From: Eledone cirrhosa
Lineage: Eukaryota
DNA length: 64,000 nucleotides
Assembly: GCA_964016885.1 (NCBI GenBank)
Contig: OZ024751.1
Coordinates: forward strand, 15,562,001-15,626,000
Direction: 5' to 3'
Shown: one piece after another, positions 43,279 through 58,032 of the stretch
Layout of the letters: each line of letters opens with the position of its first letter
Position numbering within the stretch: the first letter of the stretch is position 1
Program-made: the position numbers and the translations under genes
Notes under the pieces: generated by a model
The model's input: only the letters and a program-made list of their open reading frames with translations
Databases searched by the model: none
Told to the model about the DNA's origin: nothing

Positions 43279-45418
43279 ATCATGTATGTATATATATATA
43301 GAGAGTGTGAAATATATATATATCATGTATGTATATATATATAGAGAGAGAGAGTGTGAAATATATATATCATGTATGTATATATATAGAGAGAGAGTGT
43401 GAAATATATATATATCATGTATGTATATATATATAGAGAGAGAGAGTGTGAAATATATATATATCATGTATGTATATATATATAGAGAGAGTGCGAAATA
43501 TATATATATCATGTATATATATATAGAGAGAGAGTGTGAAATATATATATATCATGTATGTATATATATAGAGAGAGAGAGTGTGAAATATATATATCAT
43601 GTATGTATATATATATATATATAGAGAGAGAGAGTGTGAAATATATATATATCATGTATATATATAGAGAGAGTGTGAAATATATATATATCATGTATGT
43701 ATATATATATATATATAGAGAGAGTGTGAAATATATATATCATGTATGTATATATAGAGAGTGTGAAATATATATATATCATGTATGTATATATATATAG
43801 AGAGAGTGTGAAATATATATATCATGTATGTATATATATATATATATAGAGAGAGAGTGTGAAATATATATATATCATGTATATATATATAGAGAGTGTG
43901 AAATATATATATATATCATGTATGTATATATATATAAAGAGAGAGTGTGAAATATATATATCATGTATGTATATATAGAGAGTGTGAAATATATATATAT
44001 CATGTATGTATATATATAGAGAGAGAGTGTGAAATATATATATCATGTATGTATATATATATATATAGAGAGAGAGAGTGTGAAATATATATATATCATG
44101 TATATATATATAGAGAGTGTGAAATATATATATATCATGTATGTATATATATATAAAGAGAGAGTGTGAAATATATATATCATGTATGTATATATAGAGA
44201 GTGTGAAATATATATATATCATGTATGTATATATATAGAGAGAGAGTGTGAAATATATATATCATGTATGTATATATAGAGAGTGTGAAATATATATATA
44301 TCATGTATGTATATATATATAGAGAGAGTGTGAAATATATATATCATGTATGTATATATATATATACAGAGAGAGTGTGAAATATATATATCATGTATGT
44401 ATATATATAGAGAGAGAGTGTGAAATATATATATCATGTATGTATATATATATAGAGAGAGTGTGAAATATATATATCATGTATGTATATATATATAGAG
44501 AGAGTGTGAAATATATATATATCATGTATGTATATATATATATATAGAGAGAGTGTGAAATATATATATATCATGTATGTATATATATACAGAGAGAGTG
44601 TGAAATATATATATCATGTATGTATATATATAGAGAGAGAGTGTGAAATATATATATCATGTATGTATATATATATATATATAGAGAGAGAGTGTGAAAT
44701 ATATATATATCATGTATATATATATAGAGAGTGTGAAATATATATATATCATGTATGTATATATATATATAGAGAGAGTGTGAAATATATATATCATGTA
44801 TGTATATATATATATAGAGAGAGAGTGTGAAATATATATATATCATGTATATATATATAGAGAGTGTGAAATATATATATATCATGTATGTATATATATA
44901 TAGAGAGAGAGTGTGAAATATATATATCATGTATGTATATATAGAGAGAGAGAGTGAAATATATATATCATGTATGTATATATATAGAGAGAGAGTGAAA
45001 TATATATATCATGTATGTATATATAGAGAGTGAGCTAGAGTATAAGTCGACCCCAGTACTGGACTGGTGCTTTTTTTTATCGATCTTGAAAGGATGAAAA
45101 GCAGAGTTGACCGTCCAATTCGGCTTTTAGGTGCAAAAAGTAAACGGAAACAAAAAAGTAAACAACACAGTTCAATAAATAATATATTAGTTTAACGCTT
45201 GATATAGTAGGGAAAAGAATGTTTACATTTCAGTTTCCTCTTAAAATGTTTTTATTCGATATTGAACGTAACATATGTCTCACATAAGATTGATTTTAGG
45301 GCTTAATCAATGTGATAGACTTGACTCCAGCATCAATCTACTCATCAGATGTGTGCATTCAATCAAAACATTGTCCCCATCTCCCCCCTCTCCCCCCTCT
45401 CTCTCTCTATATATATAT

Positions 45419-45532
<114 letters not shown>

Positions 45533-45630
45533 CTTCACATATATATGTATGTATATATGTATGTACGTATGTATGTATGTATATATATACAGTATATATA
45601 TATATATATATACATACATATATATATATA

Positions 45631-45706
<76 letters not shown>

Positions 45707-45768
45707 CACACATACATACACACACACATATATATACATACATACAAATTATATATATATATATATAT

Positions 45769-45828
<60 letters not shown>

Positions 45829-45936
45829 CATATATATATGTATGTATATATATATATTGTATATATATACATACATACGTACATACATATATACATACAG
45901 ATGTGAGAAAAACCACAGACCCTCCATCTCAACTCA

Positions 45937-45974
45937 CCTTTTGAAAAGCAGAAGAACTGCGAAACCGGTAAAGG
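45937..45974 (+). ncRNA. Complete minimal HHR, U3-A8 variant
   Basis: CCTT-TTGAAAA-GCAG-aagaa-CTGC-GAAAC-CG-GTA-AAGG. Confidence 0.8.
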
Positions 45975-46105
45975 AACCAAATAAATATATATATTTAAAA
46001 AAAAAATAAGACTTCAGTTGCATTTTCGATTTCATCTCTTTTTCTTTATACTTCCACTCGTGTAGGACACCTCGGTTATTTTTCATTTTGTAAAAAAAAC
46101 CTCAC

Positions 46106-46193
<88 letters not shown>

Positions 46194-47579
46194 TAGGATT
46201 AGGGGAACTTATTTGAGTTACTATTTTTCATGTAATAAGATTCTCTCAGAAATATTTTGGCTGATGTTTTGTCCCCCCCGGAATCATATTTCACGATTGG
46301 GTGATCTATTCTAATAGAGTAATAGAGTAACGATCTGTTTTGATAGAGAACAGCTATGTTGTTTCCATTGCTGTACTACCTCACTATCTGTAGCTAATGA
46401 GCCTGTTGTGCTTATGGCAACAGTTAAGACTAACATTAGAAGCTGGAAAATTACTTCTTGAAAAAACTTTCATTACGGGGTCGATAAAAAATAAAGTACC
46501 AGTAATACACTGGGATAATTGCTGGCCTTGTGCCAAAAGTAGAAACAATTATTTACAGTATCCTGGAAAATAAGTGGTGGAGTGGTTTATTCTCCACCTG
46601 GATGGTCGTGGATGGAACGACTTCGGGCATCAGTTTGCTCTATCAGGGCTGACTTGTGAGAGAACAACCACCCTCAACATAAAACACCACCACCAGGGAT
46701 GTAAATAAAGAATGTGGCAGGTCTTTATGTGCCACCCTGTATAATGTTCAATGGAGTAGATATTGGTATTAACACCAATATATTACTGGTACTTTAAGGA
46801 AGGTTGTAAGATTCTCAGATCAGAACATTGACATATGTTGTTATATAACTAACAATGTCTCAATACAATTTTCCACCCATTGAAGTACAAGTAGGTATTG
46901 GTATTAACCCAATATATTACTGGTACTCTGGTACTTTAAGGAAGCTTGTAAGATTCTCACATCAGAACATTGACATATGTTGTTATATAACTAACAATGT
47001 CTCAATACAATTTTCCACCCATTGAAGTACAAGTCACCATTTTCAACATACATAAAACTATCAGATTTTTATTTGTCACTTTCAACACGAATGCAGGAAT
47101 AAATCAATGTACAGTTTATAAATAACTATTGGATAGATTGTCTAATGTAAACAGCTTATTTTCCCCTCTCACATTTACACCCAGCACCTCTCTTCCTCTG
47201 CCTCTCCACCTCCTTCTTTTCTTTATCATCCTCCACCTACGCCTTCGTCTCCTCTACATCTTCCTCTTCTTCTCTGTCTTCTTATTTCTTCACTTCTCAC
47301 CGATTCTGCTATTTTATAACTGTTGATGATATTTATACCAGATGAAAAGATAATTTTGTTTGCTTAGCTAATACTGTAATAGCTGGATCAATCTATACCT
47401 TATTAACTGGGCTGTTCTGTATTACTGGTACTTAATGGATGACGGTGAGGTGGAAGATAACATTGTTCGTTGTATGAATCAATTCCAGAGTATTGAAGCC
47501 AGGAAATATCATTTAAGTGAATCTACCTTCTATAATCTCACCAGCGATGAATTGTGCTGTAATACTATTTATTATTTTG

Positions 47580-48372
47580 GCATGGATTGGCAGTATCGGT
47601 GGAGCGTTGGCCTACATGCTTTGCAGCATAGAGTTATGGCCCTTTACGTTCTCAGTTACGAATGCTGCCGTGGTTAGCTTTGCCTTTAATCCTTACGGGG
47701 TTGATAAAATAAAGTACCAGTAATGCACTGGGGTCGATTTAATTGACTTTCCCCTCTCTCCACATTGCTGGCCTTGTGCTTATGATAGAAATCGTTAGTT
47801 TGGCATATTAGGGAAATCGATTGGCAGTGTCGGTAGAGCGTCGAGCAACATGTTTTGTTGCATTTAGTGATGGTTTTCAAATCCCTCTGAGACCAACTTT
47901 GTTTTTCGTTCTTCTATGGTCGATAAAATAAAGTATCAGCCAACCAGTTCCTGGTGTCGATTTGAATGAATTTCTCTTCTCCCCAAATTAACTGATCTTC
48001 TGCCTAACATAGATAATATTTATGGCCGTTCACATTATGAGATCAAATCCCGTCGAGGTTAGCTTTGATTTTCAGTACCAGTAATGCACTAGGGGCGGTT
48101 TAATCGAGTTCCCCCTACCCCTAAATTGTTTGCCTCGTGCCTAAATCAGAAACCATTATTATTTGTTACTGTTGATTGGCAGTATCGGTAGAGGGTAGGA
48201 CGCCATGCTTTGCAGCATAGAGTTACGGCCCTTTCCGGTCTGAGTTCAAATCCCGCTGAAGTTAACTTTGCCTTTCATCCTTATGGGGTCGATAAAATAA
48301 AGCACCAGTAATGCACTGGGATAATTGCTGGCCTTGTGCCTAAAGTAGAAACAGTTATTTGGTGGATTGGCA
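47580..48372 (+). mobile_element. Cluster of family-A SINE copies
   Basis: Heads at ~47582, 47818, 48172 and 48360. Confidence 0.75.
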
Positions 48373-48380
48373 GTTATTTG

Positions 48381-50140
48381 GTAGAGAACAACGGTGATTC
48401 TAGAGAACAACAGTGATTCTAGAGAACAGCAGATCTTCTAGAGAACAACAGGGATTTTAGAGAACAGCAGATGTTCTAGAGAACAACAGTGCTTCTAGAG
48501 AACAGCAGTGATTCTAGAGATCAACAGTGATTCTAGAGAACAGCAGTGATTCTAGAGAACAACAGTGATTCTAGAGAACAATAGTGCTTCTAGAGAACAG
48601 CAGTGATTCTAGAGAACAACGGTGATTATAGAGAACAACAGTGATTCTAGAGAACCACAGTGATTCTAGAGAACAGCAGTGATTCTAGAGAACAACAGTG
48701 ATTCTAGAGAACAACAGTGATTCTAGAGAACCACAGTGATTCTAGAGAACAGCAGTGATTCTAGAGATCAACAGTGATTCTAGAGAACAGCAGATCTTCT
48801 AGAGAACAACAGTCATTCTAGAGAACAGCAGATCTTCTAGAGAACAACAGTGATTCTAGAGAACAACAGTGATTCTAGAGAACAACAGATCTTCTAGAGA
48901 ACAATAGTGCTTCTAGAGAACAGCAGTGATTCTAGAGATCAACAGTGATTCTAGAGATCAACAGTGATTCTAGAGAACAGCAGATCTTCTAGAGAACAAC
49001 AGTGATTCTAGAGAACAGCAGATCTTCTAGAGAACAACAGTGATTCTAGAGAACAACAGATCTTCTAGAGAACAACAGATCTTCTAGAGAACAATAGTGC
49101 TTCTAGAGAACAGCAGTGATTCTAGAGATCAACAGTGATTCTAGAGAACAGCAGATCTTCTAGAGAACAACAGTGATTTTAGAGAACAGCAGTGATTCTA
49201 GAGAACAGCAGTGATTCTAGAGAACAACAGATCTTCTAGAGAACAATAGTGCTTCTAGAGAACAGCAGTGATTCTAGAGATCAACAGTGATTCTAGAGAA
49301 CAGCAGATCTTCTAGAGAACAACAGTGATTTTAGAGAACAGCAGTGATTCTAGAGAACAACTGATTCTAGAGAACAACAGTGATTCTAGAGAACAACAGA
49401 TCTTCTAGAGAACAACAGTGCTTCTAGAGAACAGCAGTGATTCTAGAGAACAACGGTGCTTCTAGAGAACCACAGGGATTTTAGAGAACAGTAGTGATTC
49501 TAGAGAACAACAGTGATTCTAGAGATCAACAGTGATTCTAGAGAACAACAGATCTTCTAGAGAACAACAGTGATTCTAGAGAACAGCAGTGATTCTAGAG
49601 AACCACAGTGATTCTAGAGAACTGCAGTGATTCTAGAGATCAACAGTGATTCTAGAGAACAACAGTGATTCTAGAGATCAACAGTGATTCTAGAGAACAA
49701 CAGTGATTCTAGAGAACAATAGTACTTCTAGATAACAACAGTGATTCTAGAGAACAATAGTTCTTCTAGAGAACAACAGTGATTCTAGAGAACAACAGAT
49801 CTTCTAGAGAACAACAGTGATTCTAGAGAACAACAGTGATTCTAGAGAACAACAGTGATTCTAGAGAACCACAGTGATTCTAGAGAACAACAGTGATTCT
49901 AGAGAACAACAGTGATTCTAGAGAACAACAGTGATTCTAGAGAACCACAGTGATTCTAGAGAACAACAGTGATTCTAGAGAACAACAGATCTTCTAGAGA
50001 ACAGCAGTGATTCTAGAGAACAACAGATCTTCTAGAGAACAACTGTGATTCTAGAGAACAACAGTGATTCTAGAGATCAACAGTGATTCTAGAGAACAAC
50101 AGTGATTCTAGAGAACAACAGTGATTCTAGAGAACCACAG
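48381..50140. repeat. 19-bp minisatellite, ~90 copies
   Basis: Unit TCTAGAGAACAACAGTGAT with variants. Confidence 0.95.
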
Positions 50141-50511
50141 AGCTTTGAAAAGCAGCATTTTACTTATATCACTGATTGAAAAATCTCATTAATCTTTTAT
50201 TACCCGGAACGGTAGTGCGCAGCTGCACATACCAAATGCAGTCTTTCTCTAAAAACACTTCTATTTGTTGTTTAGCATGTCACATACAAGATAACAAACT
50301 TGACGTGAGAATATAAATTTTAGCTCTTCAGATGTCATTTGAGATATATGCTATGTTTGCAACATGTTAATTTGTTTCTGAGTTGTGAAACAGATATTTA
50401 GATCCTCTATAAATAGGAACCACCACAGCAAAAGTTAATATTTACTTACAATACATTGATTTTCAATTTAGGTACAAGACCAGCAAAGTTTTGAGGAAGG
50501 AGCAAAATTGG

Positions 50512-50738
50512 TTAATCCTTTAGCATTTATATTACTCTATATTCACTATTGTATTAACGTAAAGGCTCTATCTTACATAATTATCTCACATAATATGGAA
50601 GCTACGAGATTTTGATGTTATTTATTTTGAGAACAATACCTTAACATTGGTATGAGCGACCGATTACGGCTGATTTGAACAAAAAGAGGTGAAAGAATTC
50701 TGACCCTGATATGGATCGTTTAATAGCTAAATGGTTAA
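50512..50738. mobile_element. piggyBac-type MITE inserted into a SINE
   Basis: TTAA-TCCTTTAGCAT...GCTAAATGG-TTAA interrupts a minus-strand family-A SINE. Confidence 0.6.
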
Positions 50739-51034
50739 ATCAACCCCAGTATTAAACTGGTTCTTTATTTCATCGAACTCGGAAGAATGAAAGGCGAAGT
50801 CGACCACGGCGGGATTTGAACTCAGAATGTAAATAAGATCAAGCACAAATACCACAATGGCATTTTATCCGATGCTCTACTAGTTCAGCCATCCACCGGC
50901 CTTCTACTGACATTGTACCAATCTTTTGGCAGATGAATACTGGCATAACTCATAACATTTATGAAAAGAAAATGTGCAAGTATGGCACTCCGGAGTACGC
51001 ATAAAGACACCCACTCCAATCCATTACTGTTACT

Positions 51035-51264
51035 TTAACCCTTTAGCATTTACATTACTCTATATCTACTATTATATTTTCACGGTAAAGGCTTTACCTC
51101 CCATAATTATCTCACATAATATCGATTCTATGAGATTTTGATATTATTTATTTTGAGAAGAATACGTTAACATCAATATGAGTGGCCAGTTACGGCCGGT
51201 TTGAACACAAAGAGGTGAGAGAATTCTGGCCGGATACAGCTGGTTTAAATGCTAAAGGGTTTAA
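51035..51264. mobile_element. piggyBac-type MITE
   Basis: TTAA-CCCTTTAGCATTT...AAATGCTAAAGGG-TTTAA. Confidence 0.75.
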
Positions 51265-51575
51265 GGCACTGAAATAGAGACATTAGTCGTAAGGGTACAA
51301 AGACATATTAGAAACAATATATGTGTTTGGTATGTTATAGAGATCTAGAATATTTTGAATTACTTCACTGTTCTCAAGCCCAAATGGTCTGGAATAGTTC
51401 ACTGATGTTATCACTAGCTTGTATGTTCTCCAACACGGGGTGCTGACGTAGAATATCAAAGGTAGTAGTGTTCTTTAATAATATTTCTTTTTGTCCTGGT
51501 GCCATGCTAGAAACTTAGCAGTAATACTTCAACTCCCATTCTTAGCCATACACACACTCGCACACACACACACAT

Positions 51576-51663
<88 letters not shown>

Positions 51664-51833
51664 CGAAGGAATTGTGGTAAGGAAGGAACCAGATGGACCA
51701 TAACGCACCAGAGTACTCAATACTTAGGGTAGTAGAGTGGGTAATAGGAAAAAGTATGACCTCGGCGGCAGAGCTCAAGCCGTTTCGACGGCTATTTCTA
51801 GACTAGAAATAGCCGTCGGGGGTCATACTTTTT

Positions 51834-51894
<61 letters not shown>

Positions 51895-51898
<4 letters not shown>

Positions 51899-52746
51899 GG
51901 GACTTGTCTCCTTCTTCCTCACTTTCTGTTGCCTCACCATTTTGTTTGTTTGCCCTCGCGTCCCCTTTATTTACGTGTCCCAACGACTTTTTTAGCCGTT
52001 GCTCGCACCAACCGGAGGTATATGGTCTTTAAAGCGATGAAATGCCTATGATAGTTGGCAGATCACTGATGAAGGACAAACTTTTTTCATATGTAACCCA
52101 TTTGCAACTCCGCAGCGCCCTTATTATCATATTTACACATATTTTTTCCTCTGCTGCTACACCGTCTTTTTCGTTCTATATATCTTTACCCTTTCTAGCA
52201 GTCTCTCTCTCTGTTAGCCTCTTCCTCACCTCACCCTTCACTCACTCATTCTCTGTCACTACCTCTCCTCCTCCTCCTCCTCTTTCTTCCCGTTTGACCT
52301 GTGAGTAACTCTTTTCTCTCACATTCTCGACGAAGCTGGTCGGAATTTTTTCTCTCTCGTCTACGATTTCACAGAACTTATGTTTACCGAATTCGCAGAC
52401 CAGACCCCTTCTTCCTCCCGTTAGACCTGTGCGAAATTCCTTCCTTGCTCACATTTCAACCAGGTTTGATGGTCTTTATTCTCTCGTTCACGATTTCACC
52501 GAACTTAAATTCATAGAAATCTGGGACTTGTCTCCTTCTTCCTCACTTTCTGTTGCCTCACCATTTTGTTTGTTTACCCTCGTGTCCCCTTTATTTACGT
52601 GTCCCAATGACTTTTTTTTAGCCGTTGCTCGCACCAACCGGAGGTATATGGTCTTTAAAGCGATGAAATGCCTATGATAGTTGGAAGATCACTGATGAAG
52701 GACAAACTTTTTTCATATGTAATCCATTTGCAACTCCGCAGCGCCC
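51895..52746 (+). mobile_element. Partial tandem element (626-nt period) with two permuted-HHR-like motifs
   Basis: Direct repeats 51895-52120 and 52518-52746, flanked by (TA)n. Confidence 0.8.
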
Positions 52747-52779
52747 GTATATATATATATATTTACATATATATATATA

Positions 52780-53040
52780 TACGTTTAGACAGCTTGACAA
52801 ATTGAAAATTGCGGCAAGTAGACCCAGCCATACAATACGATCATAGAAAACCACAAGCTTACATATTACGTAAGTTGGAGTGATGGTTTCGGATTCATAG
52901 AAACATATCGGACGTATTGCAGAATATCGTTCGATTAGTCCAGGTCTGTTGTATAACCTGATTAGTTTTTTCGTTGTTTTGGTATTGTATGGCTGGGTCT
53001 ACCTGTCGCAATTTTCAATTTGTCAAGCTGTCTAAACGTA
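52780..53040. repeat. Inverted-repeat element with ~60 bp arms
   Basis: TACGTTTAGACAGCTTGACAAATTGAAAATTGCG / CGCAATTTTCAATTTGTCAAGCTGTCTAAACGTA. Confidence 0.8.
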
Positions 53041-53147
53041 TGTTATCACTCTAAGGCCCGACCTTATTGAGTGCTTTGCTACTCATTCCTAATTGTAGGT
53101 CACTATGTTTGGCCGAGCCAAAGCTTCGATTTTACTAAGCTTCCACT

Positions 53148-53260
<113 letters not shown>

Positions 53261-53648
53261 TGGCTGCCAACTCGTTTTCGAGTACGGCCACTACTTTATA
53301 TCCATGTAGGAGAACCCCTACCGATGCGCTGAACGAGTGTGACTTTTTAGTCCAGCCAGCGACTTGAAAACTCTGGTACAAACACTACACTTGTGACAAT
53401 TATTGACATATAGTGCTGGGCCCATGGTACCATGTGACGACAAGTGCAGAGAGATCTCCAGATATAAAGCAATGCCTGTGCCGTGAAGCTTTTATAGTGA
53501 GTAAAGGCACTGCACAAAGCCAGTCCCACTCTCTTAACCAAGATGATATTTACCAAAAGGAAGAACAAGTCAACATCATTGGATACCATCAGGGTTGCAG
53601 GTGTTATATCAGAGTTTTCCTTCTCCTAGAATTCTGCCTTGACAAATG

Positions 53649-53682
<34 letters not shown>

Positions 53683-53683
53683 T

Positions 53684-53728
<45 letters not shown>

Positions 53729-54795
53729 CACACACACACACACATATATATACACATACACATGAATACACATAGACACATACACACATACATACATATA
53801 CATATCTACACTCAATATGTAGATATGTAAACACTATTGGATGGCCGTTGACAAAATATCTAACGGTGACCTCTTCACTAGGTGCAGGATTGGAGGCATT
53901 GAAACCTTTCATATGAAATCACAATCCCTTTACATTCTGCTTTCAAATCCTGCCGAGGTTAGCTTTGCCTTTCATACCGATAAAATAAAGTACCAGTAAC
54001 GTACTGAGGTCGAGTTCGTCGACTTTCCCCCTTCTCTTCAAATTGTCGAACTTCAAATTGTCAAATCCTGCCGAGGTTAGCTTTGCTTTTCATACCGATA
54101 AAATAAAGTACCAGTAACGTACTGGGGTCGAGTTCGTCGACTTTCCCCCTTCTCTTCAAATTGTCGAACTTTTGCCTAAACCAGAAACCATTATATGGGG
54201 TTTCGTTTAACATTTAACAAGAATTTAACCAAGTATATTGTTTTTTTATTTATTTTAGCCTTAATTCCTCTCTAATCAGGCAAGCCATTGTTAGAAGACA
54301 TTCCAGCCGTGATCATCTCGTCTATTTGTTATATAAAGTTATATATCACTGTCCTTATCCGGGCGTGTTTATCATGGATCACCATGACTCCTTCTCTCAG
54401 GTCTGCTTTGTCTGCCATTGCTCATGGTAGATCTTCGTGGATACACTCAAAATTCCTGCACAGTTGTTTTATGTAGGTTCAATGTGGCTTACCCATGCTT
54501 GGGTTCTCAAAGAAGAATGTCGATGATGTTTTATCTAGGACTACATTATCCAACGTGTCCTTCCTTTGTTAAAACGATAGAGTATAATTTGAGAGGGATT
54601 TGGCTTCTATTTCTAGCAGTAGGACTTGGTTCACTCTTTATCTAGTAGTTTAGTATATTCCCTGACAAGCTATTAGAAAGCAATTTTTAATTCGTTGGAA
54701 TTCATAAATATTTAAGTTTGGAATTCACAAATATTTAAGTTTGTACAAAAGTCACTTCCATTGTCTGCTTGTTTGTTTGTGTGGCGTGCGTGTGT

Positions 54796-54876
<81 letters not shown>

Positions 54877-55732
54877 TGTGTGTGTGTGCGCGCACGTGCG
54901 TGTGTGTGTGTTGCGTCGGTGTTTCTGTTTCCATGTGTGTGTGTGTGTGTGTGTGTGGATATTGCCTCTACATTTCTGAATGCGTTTACCAGGAGGAATG
55001 TATGTATGTATGTAGGAATATGCATATATATATATATATATATATACATTTATATATACATATATGTATATACATATATTCATATATATGTATGCATATA
55101 TATGTATGCATATGTACAAGAGATGTAGTGGGATCTCAGGAAGCTTAACTAAAAATGTAGGCTTCATATGAAACAGCTACGCTGGGACAGCAAACAGCAA
55201 ACTGCCACAGGAACAAGAACCACCAAACTCTGGGAGGGCTCTGTAGAAACAGTAGACAGCTTCTGCTACCAAAGGGCGAAAGAACTCATAAGAGTCAACG
55301 GCCATCCAAAAGTGTGTACATATGTATATACACATGTACCGCGCGGTTAAACCACTGGGAGTGAAGGATCCTTAGTCTTTGTCAGGGCATTCTTCTCGGA
55401 GAAGGCAACTCAGGAAACTGGGATAACTCCGATATAAAACCTGCGGCTCAGTAGTTACCGATCATGATGATCTTTTCTTCTTTTCGGGTTATAGCTACTG
55501 TCGCTCAGAGAGTGGGATTGGTTCAGTGCACAGTCTTTCCTCACTTTAAAAAATATCTTCACGCACAGGCATTGCACGATAGAATTAATTAATAATTTTT
55601 GATAATGGTATATCGTGCAATGGCCATACTCGATAACGAGGGGGCATGTATGATTGTGTGACTCTTTCCTTCCTTCTCTTTCTCTCTCTCGCTATATAGA
55701 TACACAGACACATACATATTTATGTAAACATT

Positions 55733-56080
55733 CTCCAACGCCACTGTGGGTGCTACATTATCTGCATGATGTGGAAAATATTCCATTAGCATTGCCCAAA
55801 TGATGTTGGCATCATCTTTAAAGGATACGTAAGGCTTCGACCCCATGCTATCCACCCACAACAAAAATTAAACTCGCTTTTCATAGCAACATTGCAGCAC
55901 AATTATTTCACCTCAATTGGTCCCGTTATCTTTAACATTACACCAAAACACATTAAAACAGAAACAGACCCCATAAAATTCGAAAGATCTTTGGACAAAT
56001 TCCTCCAAGAAATTCCGGATAAACCTCACTCGGATATGTCTATGTAAACAATAACTCTTTACTTAAGTGGGCTATGGTAT
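55733..56080 (+). pseudogene. CR1-clade LINE ORF2 C-terminal fragment
   Basis: Manual translation LQRHCGCYIICMMWKIF...TLQHNYFTSIGPVIFNITPKHIK...FERSLDKFLQEIPDKP. Confidence 0.7.
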
Positions 56081-56136
56081 CCAAATCCTGATTTGAAAGA
56101 CTTCGCCAGGCGGTGCTATTAAGTTACTTACATACA

Positions 56137-56495
<359 letters not shown>

Positions 56496-56843
56496 AGAAT
56501 GAATAATAAAGAAATAAAGAACGAGAGAGAGTGAGAAGAGGAAGGAAGGGGAGAAAAGCCACTCAGTGATGGGGTTGGTTGATGTTAAACTAGGCAACGG
56601 ATGAAGTCTGTCTCCCTGAAAGTTCACAGCGAGATTTGAACTCAGACTACAAAGAGCAGGAACAAATATTGTTTTCTAATTTAGGCGCCATAGCAAGCCA
56701 GCAAAGTTGATTAAATCTACTCCAATATTTGACTGGTACTTTTATCAACCCGGGAAGGATTAAAGGGCAAAGTTGACCTGGGGGGGGGATTTGAGCTTAG
56801 AATGTAAAAAGACAGAATGAAATCCTGCAATGGTATTTTATCC

Positions 56844-57120
56844 GCGTGGCTTAGTGGTGAGGGTATTGGACTTACGATCATGATGTCGTGGGTTCGATTC
56901 CTGGGCTGGGTTGCGTGTTGTGTTTTTGAGCAAAAAACTTCATTTCATGTTGTTCCAGTATACTCAGCTGAAAACGAGTACCAGCAATAGCTGGGGGTTT
57001 AACTCAGTGATGGACTAGCATCCTATCCAGGGGGAGGTCTTGTACTCTCAGTCGCTTCACGCCATGAAACCGGGATTAGCACCCACCCAATGGGCCTTCT
57101 GGCTTAAGACAGACTTTAGA
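56844..57120 (+). mobile_element. tRNA-derived SINE family B
   Basis: GCGTGGCTTAGTGG A-box, GGTTCGATTCC B-box, CORE-like TTGAGCAA..ACTT, (TTTAGAC)n tail. Confidence 0.75.
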
Positions 57121-57357
57121 CTTTAGACTTTTAGAGTCTACCAATTCCGTTAATTTATCACTTTTGACTAGTGCTTTATTTATTAACCCTCGAATGGATG
57201 AAAGGCAAAATTGATCTGCATGAGATTTGAATTCGTTATATATATCTTACTATCTCTCTCTCTCTATATATATATAACGAAGGAAGTGTGGTAAGGAACC
57301 AGATGGACCATAATGCACCAGAGTACTCACTCAATACTTAGGGTAGTAGAGTGGGTT

Positions 57358-57606
57358 ATAGGAAAATGTTTAATCCCGACGGCAGAGCTCAAGCCGTTTC
57401 GACGGCTATTTCTGGACTAAATTAGAAGTTTTAGCGTGGTAATAAATAGCCGAACTTTTCAAGGGGTAATTCCTTATATGGGAAGATGTATATAAGGAAT
57501 TAACCCTTGAAAAGTTCGGCTATTTATTACCACGCTAAAAATTCTAATTTAGTCCAGAAATAGCCGTTGAAACAGCTTGAGCTCTGCAGTCGGGGTTAAA
57601 CATTTT

Positions 57607-57610
<4 letters not shown>
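57358..57610. ncRNA. Palindrome with two divergent U3-A8 HHRs (57373-57468 -, 57502-57597 +)
   Basis: ACCCC-TTGAAAA-GTT-CGGCTATTT...AAATAGCCG-TC-GAAACGGC-ttgagctct-GCCGTC-GGGAT. Confidence 0.8.
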
Positions 57611-57673
<63 letters not shown>

Positions 57674-57679
<6 letters not shown>

Positions 57680-58032
57680 GATATTAAACAAATGGAAACT
57701 ATATTTATAAAACCATATTTATTTCATTATACATATTTCAGGGATACCATATTAAAAATATGGCATGCCTTCTTCAGATAAAATACAATATATAAGCAGT
57801 TTTATAAATAAATTTGACGTACCATAAATATTGATCAACTTCCATTAAAGAACTTCTTTAATGGAAGTTGATCAATATTTATGGTACGTCAAATTTATTT
57901 ATAAAACTGCTTATATATTGTATTTTATCTGAAGAAGGCATGCCATATTTTTAATATGGTATCCCTGAAATATGTATAATGAAATAAATATGGTTTTATA
58001 AATATAGTTTCCATTTGTTTAATATCGTATAT
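57674..58032. repeat. ~360-bp palindrome (1-nt centre at 57853) with two divergent HHRs
   Basis: TAAAGAA-C-TTCTTTA centre; plus-strand HHR ATTTTAT-CTGAAGA...GAAA-TATGTA-TA-ATGAAAT. Confidence 0.88.

Larger units (their letters stand above)
40335..45030. repeat. ~40-45 bp satellite built from microsatellite modules, interrupted twice
   Basis: Unit ATCATGTATG(TA)n(GA)nGTGTGAAA(TA)n; inserts at 41123-41355 and 42174-43278. Confidence 0.95.

Noticed and set aside
48381-50140. Regular repeat array resembling CRISPR
   Set aside because: Contiguous 19-bp units with no unique spacers, no cas genes and a eukaryotic context.
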